Part shown: positions 14,016-24,166 of the stretch, in pieces
Position numbering within the stretch: position 1 is the first letter of the stretch
Layout of the letters: the number at the start of each line of letters is the position of its first letter
Source of the DNA: a virus
Length of the DNA: 43,333 nt
IMG/VR virus record: IMGVR_UViG_3300022837_000002
Strand: one strand, 5' to 3'
Notes under the pieces: model-generated
Told to the model about the DNA's origin: nothing
The model's database searches: none
Seen by the model: only the letters and a program-made list of their open reading frames with translations
Program-made: the position numbers and the translations under genes

Positions 14016-15369
14016 TTTAAAAATAGAAAAAGCTATTTGTGGAAGTTTATTAACGGCGCCTTCGCAATTTTCTGCAATCGTCAAGGACACGCTAACCACT
14101 GATCATTTTGTGAATGATACTACAAAAATCATTTTTGAGGGAATTGATTACTGTTTTAATCAAAATAATTTACCCAATGTTTTTGACGTTGAAAATTATC
14201 TAAGCCAACGACACCCCAACAAGTTAAAAGAATTTGGTGGAGAGCGTTTTTTAATAAGTTTAGCGCAATATTCTACGCTAAACGAGCAGCAATTCAAATC
14301 ATGGGTTGAGCGCTTAATTGAGCTGTATGGATTACGCAAAATTCATTCAACATGTAGCAGCGTAACTACGCAAATCCAAGACGAAGATACAAAGCTTGAG
14401 AATGTTTTGGTTCAGCTTGAAATGCTATCACAGCATGTACTAGAAAGTGGCGCTGTTGGTTCAGTTTCACTCACAGCGGAACAAATTACTCAGCGAGACC
14501 TCACAAAAAAAGAGCCTGAACGATTGTTTCATAACAACACCGCTTTAGATAATATCTACCAAAATTGCGGGTCCAGAAGAGGACAATATGAAATAGTGAT
14601 GGGCATAACAGGACACGGTAAATCCCATTTTGCCATGCTCAGAGCAGCAGGTTATTTAGCAAATGGCTATAAAGTTCTTTGGATTCAACGCGAAGACACC
14701 GACAGCTCTAGCGTAAACAGAGCTAATTCTTATCTAGCAAACATAAGTCCAGACCCTAAGATGCTATTCAAAAATTTATATATTTCTGATAGGCTAAGTT
14801 ATATAGCTGATATTAAAAGAGAAGCTAGATTATTGTATTCAAAGGGTTGTCTTGATGTGCTAATTGTTGATTATGTACAGCGTGTCAAAGCAATAGGATT
14901 TAAAGGCAACGATAGACGTATGGTTGTAGATCACATATCTACTGAACTAGCTGATTTAGCCATAGAATTAAATATATTAGTTATAGCAGTTTCTCAACTA
15001 TCTAGGCGAAAAAACGATAACGGTTGGCGCTTAAAACCCCGTATTGATGATATGAAAGAATCCTCGCAGTTAGAACAAGATGCCTACATGGTTACGTCTA
15101 CCTTTTATCCAGGTAGGGTAGATGATTTAATTAAGCCCAATAATCTTGTGTTATGGTATGATGATAGTTTAAAGCCAAAAAACACCTTACAAATTGAAAT
15201 ACTTAAACACCGACATGGCCTGCCAAACGTGTACAAAAGTTTAGCTAATTTCAATCATCTAGGAATACTTCAATTTCAAGAAGCGCAAGCATCAAGTGCA
15301 AGGCATTTAGACGAAACAAAAGAAAAACCATTCTATTTAGTAGGAGACGATGATGAACTACCATATTAG
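14005..15369 (+). CDS. dnaB: DnaB-family replicative helicase
   Basis: N-terminal EKAICGSLL, Walker A GITGHGKSHF, Walker B LIVDYVQ, and AVSQLSRR. It ends in the acidic tip GDDDELPY. Confidence 0.88.
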   Translation: MLIDLKIEKAICGSLLTAPSQFSAIVKDTLTTDHFVNDTTKIIFEGIDYCFNQNNLPNVFDVENYLSQRHPNKLKEFGGERFLISLAQYSTLNEQQFKSWVERLIELYGLRKIHSTCSSVTTQIQDEDTKLENVLVQLEMLSQHVLESGAVGSVSLTAEQITQRDLTKKEPERLFHNNTALDNIYQNCGSRRGQYEIVMGITGHGKSHFAMLRAAGYLANGYKVLWIQREDTDSSSVNRANSYLANISPDPKMLFKNLYISDRLSYIADIKREARLLYSKGCLDVLIVDYVQRVKAIGFKGNDRRMVVDHISTELADLAIELNILVIAVSQLSRRKNDNGWRLKPRIDDMKESSQLEQDAYMVTSTFYPGRVDDLIKPNNLVLWYDDSLKPKNTLQIEILKHRHGLPNVYKSLANFNHLGILQFQEAQASSARHLDETKEKPFYLVGDDDELPY

Positions 15370-15736
15370 CGCAAATGAAACTGAGGAAATTTACACCGAT
15401 TGTTTGCGGAAGTTTAAAAGGTCTTTAAAAAAAGAGTGGACAAACGAGCAAAAAAGGTATTTCTTTTCTGATTTAATAAGTAAAATTATATATGAACAAT
15501 TATGTGAGCGATATTTCTTGGCAATCAAAAAAGAAGAAGCTAAGAATCTGCGTAACATGATAGATGATTTTTTGCAGTTAGCTAAGTTAAATGAGTATAA
15601 ACATTTTGTGTTATGCCAAAACTTACGATTAAATGTTATTGAGCAATTTGAAAAAAAGGTTATGCTAGTTAGAGCAAGCAAGGCTAACGGCACAGCCAAA
15701 CAAGTAGCCACCCATGTAAAAGGTTTCTTTAAATAG
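15350..15736 (+). CDS. hypothetical protein (128 aa)
   Basis: ORF co-directional and coupled with the helicase gene. Preferred over antisense 15391..15804. Confidence 0.5.
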   Translation: MMNYHISANETEEIYTDCLRKFKRSLKKEWTNEQKRYFFSDLISKIIYEQLCERYFLAIKKEEAKNLRNMIDDFLQLAKLNEYKHFVLCQNLRLNVIEQFEKKVMLVRASKANGTAKQVATHVKGFFK

Positions 15737-15738
15737 GT

Positions 15739-15975
15739 ATGAAAAAGCGTAAGAAGACTGGGGAAGCGGCATTGTTCGCTCATATATGGCAAGAGCGACC
15801 TCACTACTGCTTAGACTGTAGTAAGTGGCTAGGTGATCAAATGAGAACCTTTTTTTTCTCTCACAATAAAAGTAAAGGAGCTTATCCTGAACTTAGACTA
15901 GAACCGACGAATATATCCTTGCGCTGCATGCAATGCCACCACGAGTACGATAGCGGCATAAAAAAAGCCCGATGA
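15739..15975 (+). CDS. HNH-like zinc-finger nuclease
   Basis: Pattern CLDC...FSHNKSKGAYPELRLEPTNISLRCMQCHHEYD, with CxxC and CxxCH pairs around an H-N-H type core. Confidence 0.45.
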   Translation: MKKRKKTGEAALFAHIWQERPHYCLDCSKWLGDQMRTFFFSHNKSKGAYPELRLEPTNISLRCMQCHHEYDSGIKKAR

Positions 15976-15990
15976 TATTTTCACCGGGCT
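15961..15990 (-). terminator. Intrinsic terminator ending the minus-strand late operon
   Basis: Stem gcccg 15967-15971 pairs with cgggc 15985-15989. On the minus strand it is followed by a T-run, the complement of aaaaaa at 15961-15966. Confidence 0.5.
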
Positions 15991-16058
15991 AACCCTAGAT
16001 AAACGTGTACTAATACAGTACATTTTCAATAAACCACATTATGTTGTCTTAAGCAACA

Positions 16059-19000
16059 TTAATCTAAGCTTATTTCAACTTTACTTTGATTAACCCCGCC
16101 AAGAGCTACACGCTGTTTAGCTTGCTCGTTAGCTAGTCTTGAAATTTGCCTAACACGCTTATCAATCTGTTCATTAGTCATAGTAATTAAATTAGGCTTA
16201 TCAAGTATTATATCTCTGCGTATCTGTCTTCCTGAGTAGTAAATAAAATTGTAATATTGGTTCTCATTCATTACTCGACTCTGCCCTATCAAATCAATGT
16301 AAGACACGCTATTCGGATTAGGCGTAGGAATAAATAGGTTCTTATTTGTTAGAAAGCTAAATACAGGATGCTCTTTTTGAGTGCTGTAAAACCTGCCTAG
16401 CAAACCTTGAGCAGCGCTCCAATCATTGCGTATTGGCTCACCTAAGCGATTTATAACTGGATGCCTATCATTCACCGCAAAGGCTGATGGCGTAGATGCT
16501 GCTATCAATTCCTGAACCGTATCTTTAGTGTAAATTTTTGGGTCAAATATCTGGTTAACACTTCTAAATAAACTAGGCGTTGCTAATCGAACAGGCGTTG
16601 CTAATAGGTCTTTGACAATATTAACTTTTGAAGCGCCCTCTCTACTCACATTTTCTACCAACCTTGCAGCTCCACTAAGAAACGACATATTTAGCATAGT
16701 CTGAGGTATAAGTTTAAAAGCATAAAACAGTCTTGATTGCAAATCTTTATCATCAAGTTCTTTATAACGAACGGCATCTGAGTAATTACCTACAAGTGCT
16801 AAAAGTAAACCAAGTGGACTATCTTTATAGCTAAAATAAGTTTTCCCCATTTGGACAGTATATTCTTTCCAACCCGTTTCACCTAATTGTCTAGCTTTTT
16901 TATAATCAATAGGCCCTCTACCATGTATTCTAAACGATGGCTCATTATCTTCTGGATCATCAGTAAAAGCTATAGCAGCTAACAAAGAGAAAGCAATGGT
17001 TCCTGCCATGTTTTTCATTAAGATAATCTTATGCGCATCATCTAATGAATCATTAACATTGCGACGCTCAACATCGTTTTTAGCGTTCATATAGCGCCAT
17101 AAACCAATAACAGGAACATAATTAACTTGTTCGTTTAACACGTTTGCTACAATCGTAGTGAAAGGAATTGCTCCCAACCTAATTACCGTTGACGCAACTC
17201 TACTATTGGTTTTTTTATCAATTAAATTAAACCCCTGATTTATTCCCAATGCAATAGAACCCATCACCCCCTCTGGTGTTTGATTATATGTTGATGTTAA
17301 ACCAAATTTTACCGCATCTTCTTGCAAACTTTGATCTCTATTACGCTCTATCTGGTCATGCACAAAATGTTTGTAATCCCTAGTACCAGGTTCTAAACCT
17401 GCATTTGACGCTTCAATGTTAGCCTGCTCTCGGAAAGGTTCACCTAAAAGCTCTGAAAACAGTTTTTGCGCATCATCCCCTCGTAAACCTGATTTTTGAA
17501 CGGTTTTAGTAGCGGTGTAGTAAAAACGCATTTCCTCAGCACCTTTAAAAAACAACATATCCGAAGCGGCCATTACCCTACGAGTATATTTAAAGAAAGA
17601 AAGGGCAAATTGCAGTTTACTATCGGAGGTAGCTAACATTTCTAAAGTATCGCCACCCATTTGATCAATCTTCTGTAAACGAGTACCCGTTACAACACCT
17701 GTTTTTAGCACCTTTTCCGCTTCTGGAATACCTTTAATAAACCCTTTAAGAAGGCCTATCATTGGCGTATAACCCGATTTATTAAAAGGATTCATAGCCC
17801 ATAATGAGAAACCATTCAATAAAACATTAGCAAACGTAGAGCCAAAATTTACCACTTGCGTAGGAATACCACTAAGCATATTACTATAGGCAACACTTGT
17901 AGAAATATCCCACCAGCTTATCCCTTTTTGTTGAGCTATAAAACTCATTAGCTCAACCATTTTTTGATCTTTTGCCGAACTATCTACCATTAAGTTAACT
18001 TCTTTAGCCATTTGATCAATTTTGGCTAATGCTTTAGGGTCTGGCGACATTTCTAAAAATCTAGCTAATGAATCTCGTAAATCTGCCTGAGAAAGTGCGC
18101 CCAACCTAGATAAATCCATTAACTCATTAACAAATTTTGAAGCTCTTGTACCACGACTAGCTTTTTCGCCTTTGGTTTTTTTATCCATTTTTTTTAAAAA
18201 GGCTTCAATCTTCTTTTTTCTGGTATCTATAATTTCTTGCTTAAGTGTGGCGTCCACTCGCTCGGCCATTAACTCAGCTTCATTTGTATTCAAACCACCT
18301 TGCTCTACCAACTTTTTAAGTAGCGCCATACGGTTATTGGTATCTACCCCGTAATGATCGGTAATAAGCTCTTTCATTTTCATATCAAGATCAGTAAGCG
18401 CATCACCCATAGCTTTACGGACCAGCTTAACGCTAACTTCTCTATTGTTAAACCCATCAACGAGCGCTAAAGCCTGCTGCTTAACATCCTGTGATAAACT
18501 TTGGTCTTGTTGAATAGTATCGTAAACAGTATCTAAAGCCTCTTGATAACGGTCTGGGTTACGCACTACATCTAATATCATATCTATAGCAGGCCTATTA
18601 CTTTTTTCATTTTTAGTAGTAGGTAACTTAGATCGTATTTCCTGCATTAAAGCATTGGTAAATTCTTGTAGCGGTATGCTAGATGGAGAAGATCCCGCAA
18701 GTTGTTGCATAACGGATTTAGCTATAGCAACACGATAACGCTGCCAAATCCCATCCCCATCTTTTTTATTGTCTCTGTTTGGCTTGGCGCCTGATTCACT
18801 TAATTTCTTTTTTGCTTGGGCTAATTGTCCTTGCAGCCCTGAAAGTTCAAAGTATATTTTATTTATAACATCGTCTAGCTGTCCTAATATTTGTTTCTTT
18901 TGGTCTATTTCAGCTTTAATCCCTTCAATACCGCTGCCTACAGGTCTGCCTTCAAGTTCTTTAATCTGATCGGTTAACGCCTCGATTTGCTTAGTCAAAA

Positions 19001-22000
19001 GCTCTCTTTGCGCCTGCTGGGTATGTAATTCCGTTTCTAGTTGATTATTCGCATCTAAAAGACCGCCTACGGTCTCACTACTGCCCCTGAGCGCTGATTG
19101 TATTTCTGTAATTTCATCCATAAGGGATTTAATCTGCTGCTCTTTAGCGTCTACAACATCTTTACTAACCTGCGTAATTTCGGCATTGGCTGTAGTTATA
19201 TCACCCTCAAGAAGTGGCATAACTCTATTCGCTTTCTTTTGCATGGCCTTCTTAAAAGTAACAACAAAAGCTCTAGGGTTCAGTTTACTAAATATCTTTA
19301 TAGCATTTAAGGCCCTGCCGTACTCACCATAAATACGAGTTGTTTCGTCTACAAAATCCGCTAATTGATCATATAATTGCGATTGTTCTTGACCTTCTGT
19401 GGCATCTATACGCTCTTGATAGGCTAAAACAATCTGTTGAGCAAGCGTAACCCGTACACTATCAGATATTTGCTGTTCTGGATTCTTAACTGTAGCTACG
19501 GCATTTTCAAAACCGACCTTTGCCATAAATTCCCTAGCCGCAGCCAAAGTAAACTCATGCGGTTGACGACGGTAAAAATTACGCATTTCACGCTCGTATG
19601 CTTCACGAGCTTTGGCATCTGGAAGCAAGGCTTCACTCATTTCCTTGTATGTTTGGTGTTCTCCCAACATACCAGCATCTTCACGCTCTTGAAACGCCTG
19701 CTCGCTACCTACACGACCATCATTAGGCTTTACTCTATCTAATACCTCTGTAGCGTTATTAACATCTTCTTCCGTAATTATACCACCTGATAGAAGCTCG
19801 TCAATAGATCGGCCTGAATCATTATTAGCTATATCATCCATATTATCAATAGATACAAAGTCGTTAGCTTCCTGCATCTGTCTAACATGTGATTCAATCG
19901 TAGCATCATCATCAAATAAATTACTATCGTTTCGCGCCCTAATCTGTTGGTAAATAAGCTTTAAATATGGTTGCACCTCAAAGCCTGTTTGCTCAAGCAT
20001 TTTTTGACTAAAAGCGGAAAAAGTTCTAGCACCCGCTTCAATGTGAAAAGCGCCCATTTTAACCAATCTAAATAACTGAACGGGGTCAATCGGTAAACCG
20101 CCAGATATTTTGTTTAAGTCTCGGTTAAAGTCGGCTTTTGTTCGCTCGTAGTCGGAACGGTCGACGATGCTATTGGTTGCTCCGTAGGCATCGGCTTGCG
20201 GTTCGTCAACTTGGCTATTGCCTTCTTCGCCACTAGTTTCTGCTCCCTGCTGCTTTGCGGATCGTCCAGTATTAATTGCGCCCTGTAAGCTAGATTCAAC
20301 GCTTTTAAAGGTCTGTTCATTGGTTTTTTTAATTTGTTCGGTTTGTTCTTTGCTAAAGCCCGCTTTTTCTAAAGCTGCCTCAGCCTGTTCAGCTTTAAAA
20401 AATAAGTCTTGCTCTTTGTCTTTTTCAAAAACACCTTTCTCTTTTTCTATGAGAATTGCTTCTTTTTGCGCTAACCTAATTTGCTCATCTATACCTGCTT
20501 TAACCTTTTGAATGTAATCATTGGTTATTTCCACCTCGCCAAATCCAACTGAACCATTTATTTGACTACGTTGTGCGTTATTGAGTTTTTTTAATCTTTC
20601 CTCACGCTCAGTCCTTAAGTCGTCTACAACTTTATTAGCCTTAAACAATCGGTTATCATATTGACGCTGCATTTCACTACGTCTTCTTTCTAACGCAAGC
20701 GGTTTATCTTGCTCAAAACCAAAATTAACCTTAGTACCAATAAACTCACTAAAAGCGCCTAGACTTCTAAATTTGTCATTATTTTCAGGTTTCATTAAAA
20801 ACTTAAATAACTGATTTTCATGAGAGGTTGTAAGCTGTGAGTACATTTGTCTAACTCGACCAATCCTTTGGCCAATAGACATCATTAAATCCTTGTTATC
20901 GCCTTCTGCGGTTTCTTGGAAATTGCTTATTTCTTTTAATGTATCACCAGTCGTATCTAAATAAGAGAAATCAATCGCCCTAGAAGCAGCGCCAGTACCC
21001 TCAACTATTTTAGCTTTATCCTTAATAGCTTTTTTAGATTCTCCTTTTTCTCTCATTTCTCGATAAACTTTTGCCCTCTCTGATGGGGATTCCAAATCCC
21101 TACCAGTGTTTGATCTAACTGTAGCAAAATTCCTCGCCTCATCTTGAGTTCCGGTTAAAAAACGAGCAGGAGAAGACTCTTTCCCTAATCTTTTCATTGC
21201 TTCAAAACGATGATGGCCAGCTAAAACATAAATTTCACCATCAATATCTTTCCATAAAACAAGCGGGTCTAAATCCACATTGCTAAAATCATCAACAATC
21301 CTTTGAACCTTTTCTTCCTTTAATTTTTCCCTATTTTGGAAAAGCTTTTCATTTGTTCTCATTCTTTCAACAGGTACTAAAACCGTTGAACGATCTACGG
21401 GAAACATTTCGCCATCAATTTCTACTAAATTTTTGGAATCTTCATTTTCTTCTTTATCCAACTCTGTAGTCAACTCTTGATCTAGTAAAGTTTCTTGCTC
21501 AAGTTGTATCTCAGGACTTAATTCAGCTTCTGTCTGTACCTCATTATCTACCTGTACCTCATTATCTATTGGTATTGGTAGCATTGGTATAGACTCTGTG
21601 AATATCTCAGAAGAAGCAATATCAACCACCGCTTCATCATCTGTTAGCTCTGATATAGGTTCGTTTTCTTGTTCAGTTTGCGTTAAATCATTCAAGGATT
21701 CACTCTCGCCTTGAACATGATCTTCTAACGCCTGTAAACCACTAATAACATCTTGATCCGTTATTTCAGATTGACCGTTACTAATTTTTGCACGGCTTCT
21801 TTTTAATGAAGACACAATTATACCACCTGCGAAACCGATCACTCCACCCGCTCCGCCCGCTTCCATAACACCGTCTAAAAGTTGCCTGGATTCATCATAT
21901 TTTTTTTGTGCTACAAGATTCGTTAAAGATGATTGAAGCGTTTCCTGCATTAATTCCTCTAAACCACCTTGAAAACCATCGGCTAATATCTTAGCTGATT

Positions 22001-22928
22001 TATTCCCACTTAAGCGGTTAATACTATTAGCTATACCAGCAACACCCATTTTAGAAGCCACTTTTTTCATAGCACCGCTAGTCATAGCACCACCTCTAGC
22101 AAGTACTCTATTGGTTGGAATAGCTTCTGTAGAACCAATCATCCAATTATACACTTGCGCCTCAAAAGCATCTTGCTGTGTTGCACCCGATTTTATAGCG
22201 TTAGCGTATTCTTCGCCACCCATTGATGAAGAACCTAAAGCTAAAGCTCCTACTCCACCACCAGCCGCCCCTGCTAAAACAAAAGCGCCAAAAGAACCAA
22301 CGCCTTGAGGTACTACACTCAGCCAAAAACTTTCTTGCAATTCAGGGTTTGTAGGTAAAGCGTTTTCAAGACCCTTACCTATTCTATCCCCTAATTGAAA
22401 AAAATACCTCTCTTCGGGTTTCTGCTTTGAAACATCTACATCCTCGCCACCCGTAGCCTTGCTTAAAAACCGCTGTAAGCCAGCCGATACTAAAGCCGCT
22501 CCGTCAAGACCGTTGACTACACTACCCGCAATGCCAGGCATATTCTTTAAAACCGTTTTAGCTAGACCTGGTTTATCATCACCAGCCAAAATACGTTCAC
22601 CCTTATCGGCCAAGCCCGCTTGATTATAAGCAAGGCTTTGAGTAAAGGTTCTTGCAAACGATTGTATAGTACTGTTTGCAACATTTTTAAAACCGCCTAT
22701 TTCATTAGCATCCTGTTGCTGTTGTTCAGGCTCTGAAAAATACACACTTTGAAAACTAGAAATATCCTCACCCATACCCGTATAGCCCGATTCTTTTAAT
22801 CGGTTGTATAACAAGGTTTGGTTTTTTTCGGTTGAGAACGTGCTTTTAAAGCTCTCGTAATCGCCTAATCCAGTTACCTCATTTATTTGCAACTGTTTAT
22901 GCAATAATTCTAATTTGTCGGTAGACAT
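16059..22928 (-). CDS. giant virion-associated polyvalent protein (2289 aa) with a ParB/Srx-like nuclease domain
   Basis: ParB core LVLWKDIDGEIYVLAGHHRFEAMKRLG is encoded at about 21195-21260. N-terminal glycine-zipper segments (GAFVLAGAAGGGVGALALG, GGAGGVIGFAGGIIV), a long central coiled coil, and a hydrophobic C-terminal region of about 900 aa. It is the last gene of the structural operon. Confidence 0.7.
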   Translation of the reverse strand: MSTDKLELLHKQLQINEVTGLGDYESFKSTFSTEKNQTLLYNRLKESGYTGMGEDISSFQSVYFSEPEQQQQDANEIGGFKNVANSTIQSFARTFTQSLAYNQAGLADKGERILAGDDKPGLAKTVLKNMPGIAGSVVNGLDGAALVSAGLQRFLSKATGGEDVDVSKQKPEERYFFQLGDRIGKGLENALPTNPELQESFWLSVVPQGVGSFGAFVLAGAAGGGVGALALGSSSMGGEEYANAIKSGATQQDAFEAQVYNWMIGSTEAIPTNRVLARGGAMTSGAMKKVASKMGVAGIANSINRLSGNKSAKILADGFQGGLEELMQETLQSSLTNLVAQKKYDESRQLLDGVMEAGGAGGVIGFAGGIIVSSLKRSRAKISNGQSEITDQDVISGLQALEDHVQGESESLNDLTQTEQENEPISELTDDEAVVDIASSEIFTESIPMLPIPIDNEVQVDNEVQTEAELSPEIQLEQETLLDQELTTELDKEENEDSKNLVEIDGEMFPVDRSTVLVPVERMRTNEKLFQNREKLKEEKVQRIVDDFSNVDLDPLVLWKDIDGEIYVLAGHHRFEAMKRLGKESSPARFLTGTQDEARNFATVRSNTGRDLESPSERAKVYREMREKGESKKAIKDKAKIVEGTGAASRAIDFSYLDTTGDTLKEISNFQETAEGDNKDLMMSIGQRIGRVRQMYSQLTTSHENQLFKFLMKPENNDKFRSLGAFSEFIGTKVNFGFEQDKPLALERRRSEMQRQYDNRLFKANKVVDDLRTEREERLKKLNNAQRSQINGSVGFGEVEITNDYIQKVKAGIDEQIRLAQKEAILIEKEKGVFEKDKEQDLFFKAEQAEAALEKAGFSKEQTEQIKKTNEQTFKSVESSLQGAINTGRSAKQQGAETSGEEGNSQVDEPQADAYGATNSIVDRSDYERTKADFNRDLNKISGGLPIDPVQLFRLVKMGAFHIEAGARTFSAFSQKMLEQTGFEVQPYLKLIYQQIRARNDSNLFDDDATIESHVRQMQEANDFVSIDNMDDIANNDSGRSIDELLSGGIITEEDVNNATEVLDRVKPNDGRVGSEQAFQEREDAGMLGEHQTYKEMSEALLPDAKAREAYEREMRNFYRRQPHEFTLAAAREFMAKVGFENAVATVKNPEQQISDSVRVTLAQQIVLAYQERIDATEGQEQSQLYDQLADFVDETTRIYGEYGRALNAIKIFSKLNPRAFVVTFKKAMQKKANRVMPLLEGDITTANAEITQVSKDVVDAKEQQIKSLMDEITEIQSALRGSSETVGGLLDANNQLETELHTQQAQRELLTKQIEALTDQIKELEGRPVGSGIEGIKAEIDQKKQILGQLDDVINKIYFELSGLQGQLAQAKKKLSESGAKPNRDNKKDGDGIWQRYRVAIAKSVMQQLAGSSPSSIPLQEFTNALMQEIRSKLPTTKNEKSNRPAIDMILDVVRNPDRYQEALDTVYDTIQQDQSLSQDVKQQALALVDGFNNREVSVKLVRKAMGDALTDLDMKMKELITDHYGVDTNNRMALLKKLVEQGGLNTNEAELMAERVDATLKQEIIDTRKKKIEAFLKKMDKKTKGEKASRGTRASKFVNELMDLSRLGALSQADLRDSLARFLEMSPDPKALAKIDQMAKEVNLMVDSSAKDQKMVELMSFIAQQKGISWWDISTSVAYSNMLSGIPTQVVNFGSTFANVLLNGFSLWAMNPFNKSGYTPMIGLLKGFIKGIPEAEKVLKTGVVTGTRLQKIDQMGGDTLEMLATSDSKLQFALSFFKYTRRVMAASDMLFFKGAEEMRFYYTATKTVQKSGLRGDDAQKLFSELLGEPFREQANIEASNAGLEPGTRDYKHFVHDQIERNRDQSLQEDAVKFGLTSTYNQTPEGVMGSIALGINQGFNLIDKKTNSRVASTVIRLGAIPFTTIVANVLNEQVNYVPVIGLWRYMNAKNDVERRNVNDSLDDAHKIILMKNMAGTIAFSLLAAIAFTDDPEDNEPSFRIHGRGPIDYKKARQLGETGWKEYTVQMGKTYFSYKDSPLGLLLALVGNYSDAVRYKELDDKDLQSRLFYAFKLIPQTMLNMSFLSGAARLVENVSREGASKVNIVKDLLATPVRLATPSLFRSVNQIFDPKIYTKDTVQELIAASTPSAFAVNDRHPVINRLGEPIRNDWSAAQGLLGRFYSTQKEHPVFSFLTNKNLFIPTPNPNSVSYIDLIGQSRVMNENQYYNFIYYSGRQIRRDIILDKPNLITMTNEQIDKRVRQISRLANEQAKQRVALGGVNQSKVEISLD

Positions 22929-22943
22929 GTACTTTTAATCCTT

Positions 22944-23690
22944 TTAGTTAGAATCGTTGGTTATATCGCTTAAATCAAATTTTTTATTTGGTTGCAACGA
23001 ATCTACTTGTGCAGAACCATAATCTGGGTATTGACTTCTAATAATCTGCCCCTGCAAAATTGTATAGCGTCTTATAACATCAGAATACTCTTGCATTTCT
23101 TGCTTAGCTGAGGCTTTCATGGCGTCGCTAATTGATCTATCCGTAGATTCAGTAATACGTTTCGCATTATTGTATAGCTCTTGATATTCAGGTATAGATT
23201 CGGTAATGCGAAGTATATTATCAGATAGAGTATCTGAACCGCCACCGCTTGCAAATGGATTTCCACCCGCTGCCAGTTGTTTTTCTACAAATGATATTTT
23301 TTGCTGTAGCTCCTTTGTCTGATTATTAACCAATTCAGTCTGCGCCTGTGTTAATCCACCTTGTTTATTTAACATAGCCTCTCTAGCTTTACTAAATGAA
23401 GTGCTAGCATCATTTGCTTCAATAGAGCTAGTTTGTTGACGAAGAATATTGTCAGCCTCTGTTTGGTAAAAATCTTGATCTCTAGTTGAATTTAATTCTT
23501 GCTTTTCTCTCGTTTCTTGATTTAAAGCATTTACTCTTGATTCAGACAAGCTCTCTTGAGCCTTAACCAATTTATCTTGAACCTCAAGTTGTTTAGCTCG
23601 AAAATTTAAGTCTCGTACTTGCTGAATACGGCCTTCTGTAAACTGTCGCTCTCTAGCAAACACATTAGCAATACTTTGACCAAAATTCAT
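22944..23690 (-). CDS. coiled-coil virion protein (248 aa), possibly an internal or ejection protein
   Basis: Q/E-rich coiled coil. Position is immediately upstream of the giant gene. Shine-Dalgarno aaggggg. Confidence 0.4.
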   Translation of the reverse strand: MNFGQSIANVFARERQFTEGRIQQVRDLNFRAKQLEVQDKLVKAQESLSESRVNALNQETREKQELNSTRDQDFYQTEADNILRQQTSSIEANDASTSFSKAREAMLNKQGGLTQAQTELVNNQTKELQQKISFVEKQLAAGGNPFASGGGSDTLSDNILRITESIPEYQELYNNAKRITESTDRSISDAMKASAKQEMQEYSDVIRRYTILQGQIIRSQYPDYGSAQVDSLQPNKKFDLSDITNDSN

Positions 23691-24166
23691 TATTTACCCC
23701 CTTCTGCTAACAAGCCTTTTAAATCTCTATTAGATTGGCTCATAAAGCCATAGTTAAGCAAGGATGTAACCCCTCCTGTTATGCCCGCATCAATCGCTCC
23801 TGCGCGTAAACCCTTATAGCCTAGCTTAGTATTCTCTAATTGACCCAAAGCGCCCATACGCTGCCCTTCTAGCCCTCGCATGGTTTGAGTTATCTGCTCT
23901 TGAGATTGAGATTGCTGGTCCTGGTTAATTTCGTCCATCAAATTAGCATTGGCTGAAACGCCTTGTCTATTTAAAGAACGATTTATATTGCTATAGCCTT
24001 GATTAGCGCTAATAATTCGCTGCAATAATGGAGCGTAATAATCAGGGTTCTGCAAGGCACTAATCTGATTGTTCAAACTATCTGGAACCTTAGCATTTCG
24101 GGCCCCAAGTAAGCCACCCAATAAAGAACCACCCACTCCTATAGCTGTTGATGCTATTAAACTCAT
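23690..24166 (-). CDS. glycine-zipper membrane-active virion protein (158 aa), possibly an ejection protein
   Basis: N-terminus LIASTAIGVGGSLLGGLLGA. ATGA overlaps link it to its neighbours. Confidence 0.4.
   Translation of the reverse strand: MSLIASTAIGVGGSLLGGLLGARNAKVPDSLNNQISALQNPDYYAPLLQRIISANQGYSNINRSLNRQGVSANANLMDEINQDQQSQSQEQITQTMRGLEGQRMGALGQLENTKLGYKGLRAGAIDAGITGGVTSLLNYGFMSQSNRDLKGLLAEGGK

Noticed and set aside
9751-15804. Minus-strand ORFs 9751..9972, 10710..11039, 12401..12607 and 15391..15804
   Set aside because: They are antisense to the continuous plus-strand replication and recombination operon, with no independent signals. 9751..9972 lies upstream of the antisense terminator at 9320 but is too far away and has no start context.
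18172-22308. Plus-strand ORFs inside the giant gene (18172..18354, 18769..18969, 19098..19310, 19437..19742, 20218..20511, 22111..22308) and the same-strand out-of-frame ORF 20114..20320
   Set aside because: All are antisense to, or out of frame within, one long uninterrupted CDS. Their products are low-complexity or hydrophobic, as expected from shadow frames, and none has a ribosome-binding site.
16059-22928. Reading the 2289-aa ORF as a tape measure protein, which would make this a long-tailed phage
   Set aside because: No tail tube, sheath, or tape-measure chaperone genes with a frameshift are nearby. The protein carries a ParB-type domain and glycine-zipper segments and sits last in the operon, after small ejection-protein-like genes. 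A polyvalent or ejection protein fits better.
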